From Dendrobates tinctorius (taxonomy: Eukaryota): a DNA stretch of 64,000 nt. The notes under the pieces were generated by a model. That model was not told the DNA's origin, did not search any database, and worked only from the letters and a program-made list of their open reading frames with translations. The DNA lies in NCBI RefSeq assembly GCF_039654945.1, contig NW_027361819.1:5828001-5892000 (forward strand), in the 5' to 3' direction. Each line of letters opens with the position of its first letter. Positions within the stretch are counted from its first letter, which is position 1. Made by a program: the position numbers and the translations under genes. Of the stretch, positions 1 to 13,820 are shown in pieces.

Positions 1-2700
1 AGTAGTTATATTCTTGTACATAGGGGACAGTATTATAGTAGTTATATTCTTGTACATAGGAGCAGTATTATAGTAGCTTTATTCTTGTACATAGGGGCAG
101 TATTATAATAGTTATATTCTTGTACATAGGGGCAGTATTATAGTAGTTATATTCTTGTACATAGGGGCAGTATTATAGTAGTTATATTCTTGAAAATAGG
201 GGGCAGTATTATAGTAGTTATTCTTGTACATAGTAGCAGTATTATAGTAGCTATATTCTTGTACATAGGGGCAGTATTATAGTAGTTATATTCTTGTACA
301 TAGGAGCAGTATTATAGTAGTTATATTCTTGTACATAGGAGCAGTATTATAGTAGTTGTATTCTTGTACATAGGAGCAGTATTATGGTGGCTATATTCTT
401 GTACATACGGGCAGTATTATAGTAGTTATATTCTTGTACATAGGAGCAGTATTATAGTAGTTATATTCTTGTACATAGGGAGCAGTATTATAGTAGTTAT
501 ATTCTTGTACATAGGAGCAGTATTATAGTAGTTGTATTCTTGTACATAGGAGCAGTATTATGGTGGCTATATTCTTGTACATACGGGCAGTATTATAGTA
601 GTTATATTCTTGTACATAGGAGCAGTATTATAGTAGTTATATTCTTGTACATAGGGAGCAGTATTATAGTAGTTATAGAATCATACTATATTCTTGTACA
701 TAGGAGCAGTATTATACTAGTTATATTCTTGCACATAGGGGGCAGTATTATAGTAGTTATATTCTTGTACATAGGAGCAGTATTATAGTAGTTATATTTT
801 TTATACATACGGGCAGTATTATAGTAGTTATATTCTTGTACATAGGAGCAGTATTATGGTGGTTATATTCTTGTACATAGGAGCAGTATTATAGTAGTTA
901 TATTCTTGTACATAGGAGCAGTATTATAGTAGTTATATTCTTATACATACGGGCAGTATTATAGTAGTTATATTCTTGTACATAGGAGCAGTATTATAGT
1001 AGTTATATTCTTGTACATAGAGGCAGTATTATAGTAGTTATATTCTTGTACATAGGAGCAGTATTATGGTGGTTATATTCTTGTACATAGGGAGCAGTAT
1101 TATAGTAGTTATATTCTTGTACATAGGGGCAGTATTATAGTAGTTATATTCTTGTACATAGGAGCAGTATTATAGTAGATATATTCTTGTACATAGGGGG
1201 CAGTATTATAGTAGTTATATTCTTGTACATAGGAGCAGTATTATGGTGGTTATATTCTTGTACATAGGGAGCAGTATTATAGTGGTTATATTCTTGTACA
1301 TAGGGGCAGTATTATAGTAGTTATATTCTTGTACATAGGAGCAGTATTATAGTAGATATATTCTTGTACATAGGGGGCAGTATTATAGTAGTTATATTCT
1401 TGTACATAGGAGCAGTATTATAGTAGTTATATTCTTGTACATAGGGGCAGTATTATAGTAGTTATATTCTTGTACATAGGAGCAGTATTATAGTATTTAT
1501 ATTCTTGTACATAGGGAGCAGTATTATAGTAGTTATATTCTTGTACATAGGGGCAGTATTATAGTAGTTGTATTCTTGTACATAGGAGCAGTATTATAGT
1601 AGTTATATTCTTGTACATAGGGGCAGTATTATAGTAGTTATATTCTTGTACATAGGGAGCAGTATTATAGTAGTTATATTCTTGTACAAAGGGGCAGTAT
1701 TATAGTAGTTATATTCTTGTACATAGGAGCAGTATTATAGTAGATATATTCTTGTACATAGGGGGCAGTATTATAGTAGTTATATTCTTGTACATAGGAG
1801 CAGTATTATAGTAGTTATATTCTTGTACATAGGGGCAGTATTATAGTAGTTATATTCTTGTACATAGGAGCAGTATTATAGTAGTTATATTCTTGTACAT
1901 AGGGAGCAGTATTATAGTAGTTATATTCTTGTACATAGGGGCAGTATTATAGTAGTTGTATTCTTGTACATAGGAGCAGTATTATAGTAGTTATATTCTT
2001 GTACATAGGAGGCAGTATTATAGTAGTTATATTCTTGTACATAGGGGCAGTATTATAGTAGTTATATTCTTGTACATAGGAGCAGTATTATGGTGGTTAT
2101 ATTCTTGTACATAGGGAGCAGTATTATAGTAGTTATATTCTTGTACATAGGGGCAGTATTATAGTAGTTATATTCTTGTACATAGGAGCAGTATTATAGT
2201 AGTTATATTCTTGTACATATGGGCAGTATTATAGTAGTTATATTCTTGTACATAGGAGCAGTATTATAGTAGTTATATTCTTGTACATAGGGGCAGTATT
2301 ATAGTAGTTATATTCTTGTACATAGGGGCAATATTATAATAGTTATATTCTTGTACATAGGAGCAGTATTATGGTGGTTATATTCTTGTACATAGGGAGC
2401 AGTATTATAGTAGTTATATTCTTGTACATAGGGGCAGTATTATAGTAGTTATATTCTTGTACATAGGAGCAGTATTATAGTAGTTATATTCTTGTACATA
2501 TGGGCAGTATTATAGTAGTTATATTCTTGTACATAGGAGCAGTATTATAGTAGTTATATTCTTGTACATAGGAGCAGTATTATAGTAGTTATATTCTTGT
2601 ACATAGGGGCAATATTATAATAGTTATATTCTTGTACATAGGAGGCAGTATTATAATAGCTATATTCTTTTACATGAGAAACAGCGTTATAATGGTTATA
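1..2700. repeat. 35-bp satellite/minisatellite array (unit GGAGCAGTATTATAGTAGTTATATTCTTGTACATA), running off the left edge
   Basis: Directly visible tandem 35-36 bp units that decay at ~2640-2710. Confidence 0.97.
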
Positions 2701-3291
2701 TTGTTGTATATATAGTGTGGTAGATCAGCTCACTCAGCTGTACATGGAGGTAGACACGGGAACACTGGCGCTTTTAGGAATGTCCTTGGTTTATTAGCAC
2801 TAACCACAGTTCTTGTATTAGCGGGGATCAGCCCGCTCAGGGTTAGCAAGACCCACGGTTCAGGAATTAGCAAAACACAAACACTTCTCTGGAGTGTTTC
2901 CCTCCAGACACTGAACACTGCTGCTTCTGGAAGCCAGCTACTTAAGCCCCAGACCAAACCCTGGGGAGGAGATAAGGTGGACATCTTCCCACCCACTCTA
3001 TGATTGTCCACAAAAATCCCAGCCATTATACAAATTAGCTGTTAACCCTTCACAGCACTTAGTGTGCTGGAGGAAAATCTCTGGGTCTTACATCACTGAT
3101 GCCATTAAGCGCAGTGAAACATATCTCCCTTCCAGCACCTTGCCAGTGACTTTGTCATGATGGGCAGTAGTTGACTTTTGACTTTAATGTAATTTACTAT
3201 GTACCCATTCAGAATGGTTGTAGTTTCTTTTTTAACTTCCACTTATTTCAGTATTGAATATTTCTTTATATTTTTATTTTCATCTCTGCAG

Positions 3292-6200
3292 ATAAAGAGA
3301 AAGTATTTCAACAATTGGTGGAACAGCTGGATGTGAAGACACACTTGACAACAAAGCTTTCCTTGAGTGAAGTCCTAAGTATTGGCCCAGAGAACATAAA
3401 TGTTCTACCACAACAGATTAAGGATATTATATGGCATGTCCTGAGAAAACTTATGGCTTTAAACCAAACAGCACGGAATATTGAGCTGCAGCAAGATCCT
3501 TCTACCCAGGAACCTAATGATGAAGATGATGATAACTATGAAGATATGTTTGAAGATTGCATAAAAAAATATCAGTCTTGTCCCATCAACCCACTGGACA
3601 TTCTTTGTGTTCTCCTTCATTGTTCAGACAGTTTTCTTCAACAGGAAATTTTAAAGAAAATGTCCATGTGCCAGTTCTCAGTTCCACTTTTGCTTCCCTC
3701 TGGTGATGGTTCAAGATTCACCTTCATGCTTTGGGCAATGAGAGATATTGTGAAGAAATGGAGACCTCAGTCTCTAGCAGATAGTAAAGGGTTCAGAGAA
3801 GACAATGTGGTGAATATTGAGATGCCGATCTTCTCTTTCGTCAGGTTGGGGCCAAATAAATTATCTAAATCTAAACTACTAAACCAGGTTCTTAACCCAG
3901 CTCAACATCATCACGAGTTCTTCATACATGACAACATGGAAGGAGGAAACATTGAGAGGAAGATATCTGATGGGCTGGTGGAAATGTCCTGGTATTTTCC
4001 TTGTGGAAATTCTGATGTTTTCTCAGAGCCGATTGCTGTGGTCAATCTACGTGGAGACCTGGAGTCCAACAGGGAGCAGTTCACCTTCCTCACTCGGATC
4101 TCATCGGCCACCTTTATATTTATTGAGACTATGAGTGAGAGACAATTCAGGTTGCTATCCTCCTTCAATCCCAATGACACTGAATTTTATTTCATAGTTT
4201 CTCCAGGTAAAGACAAGGTTGTCGACTCAGAGACAAGAAAACATCTGATGAACCTGATGAAAAGGTTTCAAATTGGTAAAAAACATATTTTAACAAAGGG
4301 AAGCAATGCCAACGATGCTGAATTCGTGAAACAAATACAAATAACCATTGAAAGGTTTTTTAGAGCAGATCACAAAACTTCATGTATAGAAAGTCTGAAA
4401 AACCACAGATACGAACTTCACATTGATGTGGATGAAAATTTTCCGGAATGTCAAAAAGCGAGAGCGCATGCATGTAACATCACTTCACTCATCACAAATG
4501 TGGAAGAATATAAAAGGGAGACACTGAAACTTCAAGGGGATCTTTGGAAACAATTGGCTAAAGTGGAAAAAGAGCTATGTAGAATGACAAAACAAGGAGG
4601 GCGAGACACACATACGTATGAGACTGAATTAAAACAGCAGCGGATCTCACTGCACCGGGAACAGAACCAACATGACTTGCCGAATGGCATTATGTTATTC
4701 ATCAACGCTATAACTCATTTGTCTCGGGAAGAAAAACACTATTTCTTAAAGTGGATGAAGTTTGAACTTGATTTAATAGCTAGAATAAATGTAACTGAAC
4801 TACAAGTGGAATACAAAGAAAAATCCAAGTCCAATAATTCAGAAGAGCTTAAAAAGATAGACCAGAAATTATCTGATAGTTCCCTCGGGTTAGAACATTT
4901 CCTTCGAGAGTTGGGACAATTTTATGAGGCAGAATGTTCCATGATAAAAGAAGACATACTTCCAGAGCACAGGAGACAGTTTGGTGGACTGCCAGCAATA
5001 GCTGCCGACTTACTTCTCGATGGTTTTCCATTGGAATTAATTGATGGAGATGCTTCTAATATCCCCATGAAATGGGTAACTGATGTATTGACTGAACTAA
5101 ATGAAAAAAATGGACTAAAAAGTAAGATGGCAGTGATAACTGTGCTGGGAGTGCAGAGTACGGGGAAGTCCACTCTCCTGAACACCATGTTTGGTCTACA
5201 GTTCCCTGTGGCCAGTGGTCGATGTACACGAGGAGCCTTCATGACTCTAATTAAAGTGAAGGAGAACTTCCAGCAGGTGATGGGTTGTGCATGCATTCTA
5301 GTTATTGACACTGAAGGGTTGAAAGCTCCTGAATTGGCTTCTCTTGATGACAGTTATGAACATGACAATGAATTAGCAACATTAGTCATTGGGTTGAGTG
5401 ACATTGCTATAGTCAACATGTCCATGGAAAATGCAACAGAAATGAAAGATATTTTACAGATTGTGGTCCATGCGTTCCTTAGGATGAAAGAAGTTGGAAA
5501 GAAGCCAAGCTGTCAGTTTGTTCATCAGAACGTAGGTGATGTGTCCGCACATGAGAACACGCTGAGAGACAGGAAAACACTTCTGGAACAGTTAGATGAA
5601 ATGACAAAAGTGGCTGCAGCTATGGAAAAGAGAAGGGGAATCACAGCATTCACTGATGTGATGGACTACGATGTCGAGAAGCACAACTGGTATATTCCTG
5701 GGTTGTGGCTTGGAGACCCACCAATGGCTCCTGTGAATTCTGGCTACAGTGAAAATGTATTCAAGCTAAAACAGTATCTGCTTGATTTCATGAAATCCCA
5801 AAACAGATCTTCCAACATTCTGGGGTTTATTACTTGGTTAGAAAGTTTGTGGAATGCTGTGAAACATGAGAAATTCATTTTTAGTTTCCTAAACAGTTTG
5901 GTGGCTGAAGCTTACAATAACTTGTCTGTGAATTTTTCTCATTGGGAGTGGGAGTTTCAGAAAAAGGTCTACAACTGGATCACCAGCACAGAAAACAAAA
6001 TAGAGAATCAGTCAGCTGAGAACTTGGGCAGACACACGGTTACCGAGTACAGGGGCGACCTTGAACAGCTGCTGCTCAAGGAGGAAACTAAAATGCTGGA
6101 ACAGCTGGAAAAGTATTTTGAAAATAGGTTGGAAAATGTGAATCTTGTAGAACGGCATCGAGAAGATTTCATACAGAGTGCAAAATTCTTAAGAAAAGAA

Positions 6201-7997
6201 CTTGAAAGAAACGCTGTCAGTAAATGCAACGAGGCTATTTCTATTAAAAAAGGGAAGTATGAGATCCAGAAGATCCAAAATGAGTATCAACAACTCATAG
6301 AAGAAAAGATCACAAATCTCCTGGAAAGCTGTAAAAAGAAGAACCTGGAACTGAGCGATGAAGAAATAAAACAGGAATTTGAGTGGATGTGGGAAGAGAC
6401 ACTATCAGAATTACAGATAGAGACATTGCATCGGAGAAATGTGTGCGAAGCAATGTTACACCAGGTGAAGACTGACCTCAGCAGAAGAGGACCTGTCATA
6501 AGTCAGACTTTGGTCCACATAAATGATTTAGAAGACTATGCAAATCAACCTTTTTCCATGAATAAAAACTATGTTGATCAGTCTATGGTTTCACATATTG
6601 CAAACAGATTGGGTTTTGGTAACGAACCTTATGATAAGGTAGGAGATCTTGCCACCTCACTGATAGACATGTGTAATAAATATGTCACAGAGAAAGTAAG
6701 AACCTCTTCAGACTATGATGATATGTACAGCCAGGAACTATTGTACAAGATTAACACAAAACTTCAGAGTAGAAACAAAAAGCTTAACTTCTCACCAGAG
6801 TTTGAGTTGCACATCAAACTTTTCATCTTCGCGAAGGCATCAAAAATGTTTCAGAAGATGCATGACGTCTTCATACAAAAAAACGACCCTAAAAAATGTT
6901 TAGAAAACCTGAAACCTCAGTATTTGACAACATTTCTCAGTATATTTAAAGAGAAGGATGAAAGCTGGACTAGAGTCAGACAGTTTTGTGAGAGATGTCT
7001 AAAGCCGGCCATCATGGAATACATCTTCAAACATCTGGGAGAAAAGATGGTAGATGACATTTTAAATGGTGTCGATAATATGAGGTTCAGCAGCAGAAGT
7101 TATTTTCAATGTAATATGTTGACAAATTTACTGGAAGAAATGTCTTTTGAAAAATATGTACAATACATCAATTCATATGAGGAATTTTCAAAAACCTGGA
7201 TCCTGAATTATATCACAGACAAATATCAATTCACGGAAACCTTAGGACCATTGTACGAAAATATCTTTTCTTTCATTTGTGCCAAAATTATAATTGTTCT
7301 GCAAGATAAAACTTTTCTTCAAAGTGAGAATGTTTCTTCATTTTTGGAAAGTATTTGCGAGAAGTTGAACGGAGAATTAGTGATTTCACAGACCGAAATG
7401 AAAGTCATTAAGTTCCATAACACAGTGAAGGTGGAGCAATTTGCCTCTAAGATTCAGGATTTACTGACAGAAATGAAAGATCAAGTCCTATCAGATCTGA
7501 AATCTATGAATCTGGACACCGTGCTTTCCAGAGTCACACTGAAACCTCAGGATGAGTTATTGAAGAAAGTGATTGGATGTGGACATCAGTGTCCGTTCTG
7601 TAAAGTCCCCTGTGAGGCCGGAGGAGCCGACCATAGGGAGCACTTTGCGTCTGTCCACAGACCTCAAGGTTTGGGGAAATACAGATGGGAAAAAAAAGAA
7701 GATTTAGTGACAGATATTTGTTCCATGGCCGTTGTGTCTGCAACCAGTTTTAAAAACTCTGACACTGGTGGTAAATATCACCCCTACAAAGAGTATCGCA
7801 CATACTATCCAAACTGGACCATCCAACCCGACCCCAGCATCGAGTCTTCGGATTATTGGAAATTTGTCGTTGCCCAATTTAATGAAGAATTTGCTAAAGA
7901 ATATAAAGCTAAACCAGCTAAACTGCCCGAGGACTGGCACCAAATCATGGATATTCAGGCTCTTGAAAGTCTACAGAAAGTTTTCAATTTGTATTAA
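3292..7997 (+). CDS. gvin1: Very large inducible GTPase (GVIN1/VLIG/URGCP-like), large terminal coding exon, copy A
   Basis: 1560-aa ORF with G1 GVQSTGKST, G3 DTEG, the VLIG-type motif HDNELAT and C-terminal GCGHQCPFC. The ORF-track start at 3315 is TTG. A pyrimidine tract plus TGCAG acceptor (AG 3290-3291) opens a phase-1 exon in frame (xD-K-E-K-V-F-Q-Q-L-V). Confidence 0.92.
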
Positions 7998-8160
7998 CTA
8001 GATTAAGTGAAGGAACCTTGGCTTCTGATCTTCCTTGTAATATCTGTTTTCGTTACTTTCAATATTTCAATCTAAATATCAACCAATGAAAATGTCGTTA
8101 AAACAACACAATCTATAAAAAAAAAACCTTGTTATACAATGATACTATATAGATATAGTA

Positions 8161-8366
8161 CAGGATCGGCCATTTATATGGCTACATCTGAGTGGACCAT
8201 TTATAAAGCTGCATCCAAAATGGCCAACTTCAAAATGGCCGCCATGGTCACCACCCATCTTGAAAAGTTTCCCCCCTCCCATATGCTAATGTGCCACAAA
8301 CAGGAAGTTGATATCACCAACCATTCCCATTTAAGTTAGGTGTATCCATATACATGGCCCACCCTG
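8161..8366. mobile_element. Tc1/mariner-type MITE (206 bp) in the GVIN copy A 3' region
   Basis: Imperfect ~29-bp terminal inverted repeats (TIRs) CAGGATCGGCCATTTATATGG / CCATATACATGGCCCACCCTG, flanked by TA on both sides. AATAAA follows at 8439-8444. Confidence 0.7.
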
Positions 8367-8931
8367 TATATAACTGGTAGCTATTATACAGTATATTGGA
8401 AATAATTGATAATTTTCTATAAATATCATACACTCATTAATAAAATCTTTTCATCACAATTTGAATTTGTTGGGAATGTTTTATTGAGAAACTCTAAGCA
8501 ATCAACACAAGAACGGGTTGCTTGGACAGAAATACAAACCTTACAGATTATAATTCTGCACACGGATGCTCTTCGGGATTTCTGACTTGATCCTTCACAA
8601 GCATCTAGTATTGACCAACAAATAAAGGGAAAATCCCACAGAACCGTTTTTTTAGAATATGAAAAAAATGTTTATTACAATAATTTTATTTTTCCTGCTT
8701 CTTTTATCTCCACTTTTTGTAAAGTAAATACAAATTATGCCAAACCCATTAATGAAGAATTAAGAAAATTGCTAAGAAACTAAAGAAAATACCAAACCAC
8801 CTACCTCATTACAACTTGCATGGTTTCCTTATTAACATCCCTTCTTCAGTTGACCCCACAGTGATGAAATATTTTGTATTTTGAGTAACCAGCCCCATTT
8901 ACATTATATATTTATAGGGATGGATCTGGCT

Positions 8932-11900
8932 TAGAGTTGAGCGACTTTTGGTTTTTTAGGGTCGCGTTTCGTTTCGTGAAACCCGACTTTTCCAAAAGTC
9001 GGGTCGAGCAAGATCGTCCGATTATAGGGAAAAGTCGGGGTCGTCCCGAAACACGAAACCCAATGTAAGTCAATGGGGAATAAAAGTCGGCAGTGAGAGG
9101 AGGACAGGAAACACACCTACAGTGCCCATTTGAATGCCAAAAGCATCAATTCTTCTTACTTAAGCTTGTCAACCTTAATTAACTTCATAATACAAGTTAC
9201 GCACTGAAAAATGGGGGTTATTTGGCTACAAACTGTGGGGGGGGAGGGCTGGCTCCAGGTTTTCATGTGCCCTGGGTGAAAGAGCGCCCCTTTAACACAT
9301 AATACCACAACTCATCATGCTCCGATACGGCAGAGAAATAGCGGTATAGTACAATGAAAAATACCTCACTTTTTACATCTCATTACGAGGCCCATCTATT
9401 TCTCCATACAGAATCATTGGTCCCATATAATGTTTGAAACAGTATATGATGAGCTCCACATAATGCTACAGTATATGTTGGTCCCCATGGATGAAGCTCC
9501 ACTGTCTTATGGGCCCAAATAATGCTCCAAACATAATGGGCCCCAATTCTAATGCTCTAGTGTATAATGGGCCCTGTAAATGCTGCTCCAGTGTCTGATG
9601 TCCACCTTTGGAATGTTCCAGTGTATGGTGGGCCCCATCTATCATTCTCCAGAGTATAGTGCTCCCCAAAAATTGCTGTCCCAACATTGAAAACAATCAA
9701 ATAAGTCTCCTCGCTAGGGAATCCCTGTACTTGTCTGGACAGGTGCTGTAGCTTGCTTAACAGCTCGCCAGCCGTTCTCACGCCCAGTATGGATTACACG
9801 TGATTGCACAAAGGTGAGAAAGGGTACCGTATCCCCAGATAACATGTATGGATAGCGTACACATTCAAAATATATGTCTCAGGCAGGCTCAGACGGTGTT
9901 AGGCCCAGTATGGATTGCACGTGATTGCACAAAGGTTAGAAAGGGTACCGTATCCCTTGATAACATGTATGGATAGCATACACATTCAAAATATATGTCT
10001 CAGGAGGCAGGCTCAGACGGTGTCAGGCACAGTATGGATTTGACGGCCCAGATTACACAGCGGAGGAGCAGGGAGAGGTAAAGATTGCAAATGCTGGGGC
10101 CCTGCCCAAGCAAGGGGGGCCCACTCGTGGGCGTCGGTACTGGCACTGGGCCCCTCATAGTACAGCGGTGTGTCTGACGGCGGGTGTGCACCACCACCGT
10201 CAGAGACACTTGATTGCACTATGAGGGACCCTGTGCCAGTGCCCGCGCTCAAGAGTCGGCCTACCCACCTGTCCAGGGGAACGGCACTCGCACGGTGTCG
10301 TGCGGTAGGTGGTGACCCCGGCCATGGGGGGGGAGACAGCACAGTTAGGGAGTTTTAGAAAGTGGCATATGTTGATGTTGGACATTCAGCTGATGCAAAA
10401 GGCGAAATAGGTGAAGTACCAGGAAGAGGTGGACCAAAGCAAGCCATTTTTCTGTCACCCTATGTGTCATCAGGGGAAGGTGGGACAAAATCCTTGGAAA
10501 CCCATGCGTGGTTCATTTTAATGAAGGTTAGATCATCCACATTTTGGGTTGACAGACGGGTCCTTTTTTCTGTCAGGATTGATCCAGCTGCACTGAAGAC
10601 TCTTTCCGATAGCACACTTGCAGCTGGGCAAGCGAGCTCCTGTAAGGCATATTGGGCCAATTCAGGCCAGGTGTCCAGTTTAGCGGCCCAATAGTCAAAG
10701 GGGAATGACCTGTGTGGGAGAACATCGATATGGGAGGAAAAGTAGTTTGTTACCATAGTTGACAACTGCTGTCTCCTGTCACTTTCCATCGATGCAGTAT
10801 TACCAGTTGTGTGAGCGGTATTTGAAAAATCAGTCCACAACATTGTCATGAAACCCCTGTCTCCAACGCCACTTCTGCTGTGTGCACCACGAACACCTCT
10901 GCCAAGCTGCCCCCGGCCCGTACGGCTCGTGTGAGAACCATCACCGCTGCTGTGTGCTGGGAATGCCTCAAGCAACCGATTTACCAGAGTTGCTTGTTTA
11001 TTAGCCAATATTAGGTCAAGGTTCTCCTGTGGCATGATGTTTTGTAATTTGCCTTTATAGCGTGGATCCAGGATGCTGGCCAACCAGTAGTCGTCATCGT
11101 TCATCATTTTGGCAATGCGGGGGTCCCTTTTTAGGATCTGCAAGGCATAATCTGACATGTGGGCCAATGTTCCCGGTGTCAATGATGCACTGCGAGTGCT
11201 GGGTGGAGGAGCACTTTCTGGCAAATCCACATCCCTCCAGTCACGCACAAACCCTGTACCAGACCTTGCCACGCCAACATTTTCACTTGCCCCACGAGAT
11301 GCATCCTCCTCCCCTAAGTAATCATCCCCATCATCCTCCTCCTCCTCTTCTTCCTCCACCTCGTCCAGGAGAGGTCCCTGAGCAGACAATGGCTGAATGT
11401 CATCAAGGATTCCCTCCTCCTCTTCCTCCTCATCAACATTGGCTGCAGACGCCTGCTCCTTAAGGTGCGTCAAAGTTTGCATGAGCAGACGCATAAGTGG
11501 GATGCTCATGCTTAGGATGCCGTCGTCTGCGCTTACCAGCCGTGTGCATTCCTCAAAACACTGAAGGACTTTACAAAGGTCTTTCAGCTTCGACCACTGC
11601 ACACCTGTCAACTCCATGTCTGCTCTCAAAGTGCCTGGCCGTGTATCCTCCCACAAATGCATTATGGCCTGCCTCTGCTCGCACAGCCGCTCCACCATGT
11701 GCAGGGTGGAGTTCCACCTTGTTGCAATGTCGATAATGAGGCGGTGGTTGGGAAGGTGGAGCAATCGCTGCAGCTTCTGCATACGAACGGAGTGTACAGG
11801 CGACCGGCGGATGTGCGCGCACAGTCTTCGCACCTTCTGGAGCAGGGCTGTTAACTCCGGATAATTTTTGAGGAAGCACTGCACCACCAGGTTCAAGGTG

Positions 11901-13784
11901 TGAGCCAAGCAAGGTATGTGGCTGAGTTTTGAAAGGGCTACGGCTGCCACAAAATTACGGCCGTTATCACTAACTACCTTGCCTGCCTCAAGATGTACAC
12001 TGCCCAGCCATGACTCAGTTTGTCGCTTCAAGTACTCGGCCAGCACCTCGGCGGTGTGTCTGTCGCCCAAACACATCATCTGCAACACAGCCTGCTGACG
12101 CTTTCCACTAGCTGCTCGATAGGGGGGACACATCGTGTGCAACAGTGGCAGCTGCAGATGGAGTGCTCGTACGACTGCGCTCTGTGGACGAGCTTTCGCT
12201 TCTGGAGGAGGTGGAGGAGGAGGAGGGTCGAACGCCTACAGCCAACTGTTTCCTATACCGTGGGCTAGGCAGCACTGTCCCACCACCGCTGTCCCCTGTG
12301 GACCCTGCATCCACCACATTAACCCAGTGCGCAGTGATGGACACGTAACGGCCCTGACCATGCCGTCTGGACCATGCATCAGTTGTGAGGTGCACCTTTC
12401 CGCTCACTGACTGCTTGAGTGCATGGACAATGCGGTCTTTCACATGATGGTGGAGGGCTGGGATGGCTTTGCGAGAGAAGAAGTGGCGACTGGGTAGGTC
12501 ATAGCGTGGTACTGCATAGGCCATGAGTTCGCAGAAAGCTGTGCTTTCCACCAACCGAAAGGGCATCATCTCAAACGAGATTAGTTTGGCAATGTGGGCG
12601 TTCAAACCCAGTGTACGCGGATGAGAGACTGAGTACTTTCTTGACCTACTCATAGTGTCTGGGAGGGTGTGCTGGACTTGAGAGCTGCATATGGTGGAAG
12701 TAGCGGTGGACAGGGCGGACTGAGAGAGGGTTGATGATGGTGATGGAGTTGGTGTTCTTTCTGATGGCCTAGAATCAGTCTTTCGTTGATATAACAGTGG
12801 GATTCCCTGACTGCTGTAGCCTTGCAACGACACCTCAACATTTGCTGCTGTGCTAACCGGTGGGCTTACAGTGGGGGAAACAATGTAGCGTTGCTGACTA
12901 CCTTCGTTGTGATCAGTTGCACATGTGGCACTTGAGGTTTGGTGTTGTGTCCATGCTTGCAAGTGCATGGTGTTTAAATGTCTAAGCATGCAACTCGTAT
13001 TCAAATTTTTCAGATTTTTCCCTCGGCTAAAGGTCTTTGCGCACTTCTTACAGATAACCTTGGCCTGATCATGAGGATTTTGTTCAAAAAAGTGCCACAC
13101 TGCACTCTTCCTACTTTGGCAGACATTTTGCGGCCTAGCACGCTGTGATCTTTTGACCCTCTGGACAAGCTGTCCAGCAACTCTTTTGATTTTTGGAACC
13201 TGTCTTTGGAGTGCTCCGGGCCTGCCGGATAACAGCTGTTGCGATGTCGATGTCTGCTGTGGATGCTCCTCATCTGAGCTATTGGAAGCAGCACCCTCTT
13301 CCCCCAATGGATGCCAATCTGGGTCAACAACTGGGTCATCCATCACCTCCTCTTCAATGTCATGTGCACCTTCCTCTGTGTCACCGTGTATGGTGGTATA
13401 GTGTGCGGGAAGGGGCACCTGAGTCTCATCAGGGTCAGAATCTGGCTCTGTACACTGCGAGGACAATGTAGTGCTCTGAGTGAATGTACCAGCAGAATCA
13501 TCCATCAGCGGCTGTGCATCAGTGCACTCCATGTCAGATTCATCTTGGCCTGGGTAATTCACCATTTCACTTGATAATCCAGGCATGGTATGTGAAAACA
13601 GCTCCATGGAGTAATCAGTAGTATGGCCTGCGTCATCCTTCAATCTTGGTTGGGGTGAAGGACACAAGGAAAGGTGTGGTTCATGAACATGAGCCTCCAA
13701 TGACGACTCAGTGCTTTTACTTTTTACAACTGAAGAAGAGGAGGCGATAGAGCTGGAGGCTGAGTCAGCAATGTAAGACAAAAC
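8932..13784 (-). mobile_element. hAT DNA transposon copy A, truncated at its 5' (right) end
   Basis: Starts with the TIR TAGAGTTGAGCG after ATCTGGCT (8924-8931). Carries most of a transposase. Ends abruptly at ...AAGACAAAAC joined to (ACAT)n. Confidence 0.92.
10460..13784 (-). pseudogene. hAT (ZBED-like) transposase lacking its N-terminus, with one frameshift
   Basis: BED finger (SAVWHFF..CKKC..LRHL..H), LTTDAWS, VSDNG, CLAH (CxxH), TRWNST and C-terminal PAASVLSERVFS. An extra G in the G6 run at 12122-12127 splits ORFs 12108-13820 and 10460-12142. Confidence 0.9.
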
Positions 13785-13820
13785 ACATACATACATACAT
13801 ACATACATACATACATACAT
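13785..13820. repeat. (ACAT)9 microsatellite at the duplication junction
   Basis: Nine perfect ACAT units joining the hAT sequence to the satellite. Confidence 0.95.

Noticed and set aside
540-788. Hydrophobic ORFs in the 35-bp satellite (also 13724-13927 and 14515-14820)
   Set aside because: They are translations of tandem repeats with no gene structure
2717-3160. Possible solo LTR or 98-aa minus-strand ORF upstream of the GVIN acceptor (a similar LTR-like stretch lies at ~43470-44035)
   Set aside because: No TSD or confident termini were found and the ORF has no recognisable motif
4922-5311. Antisense ORFs conserved across GVIN copies (also 20606-20995 and 60850-61491)
   Set aside because: They are shadows of the conserved P-loop codons on the opposite strand
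10460-13820. Domesticated ZBED host gene
   Set aside because: It lies inside a TIR/TSD-bounded element and is truncated and frameshifted
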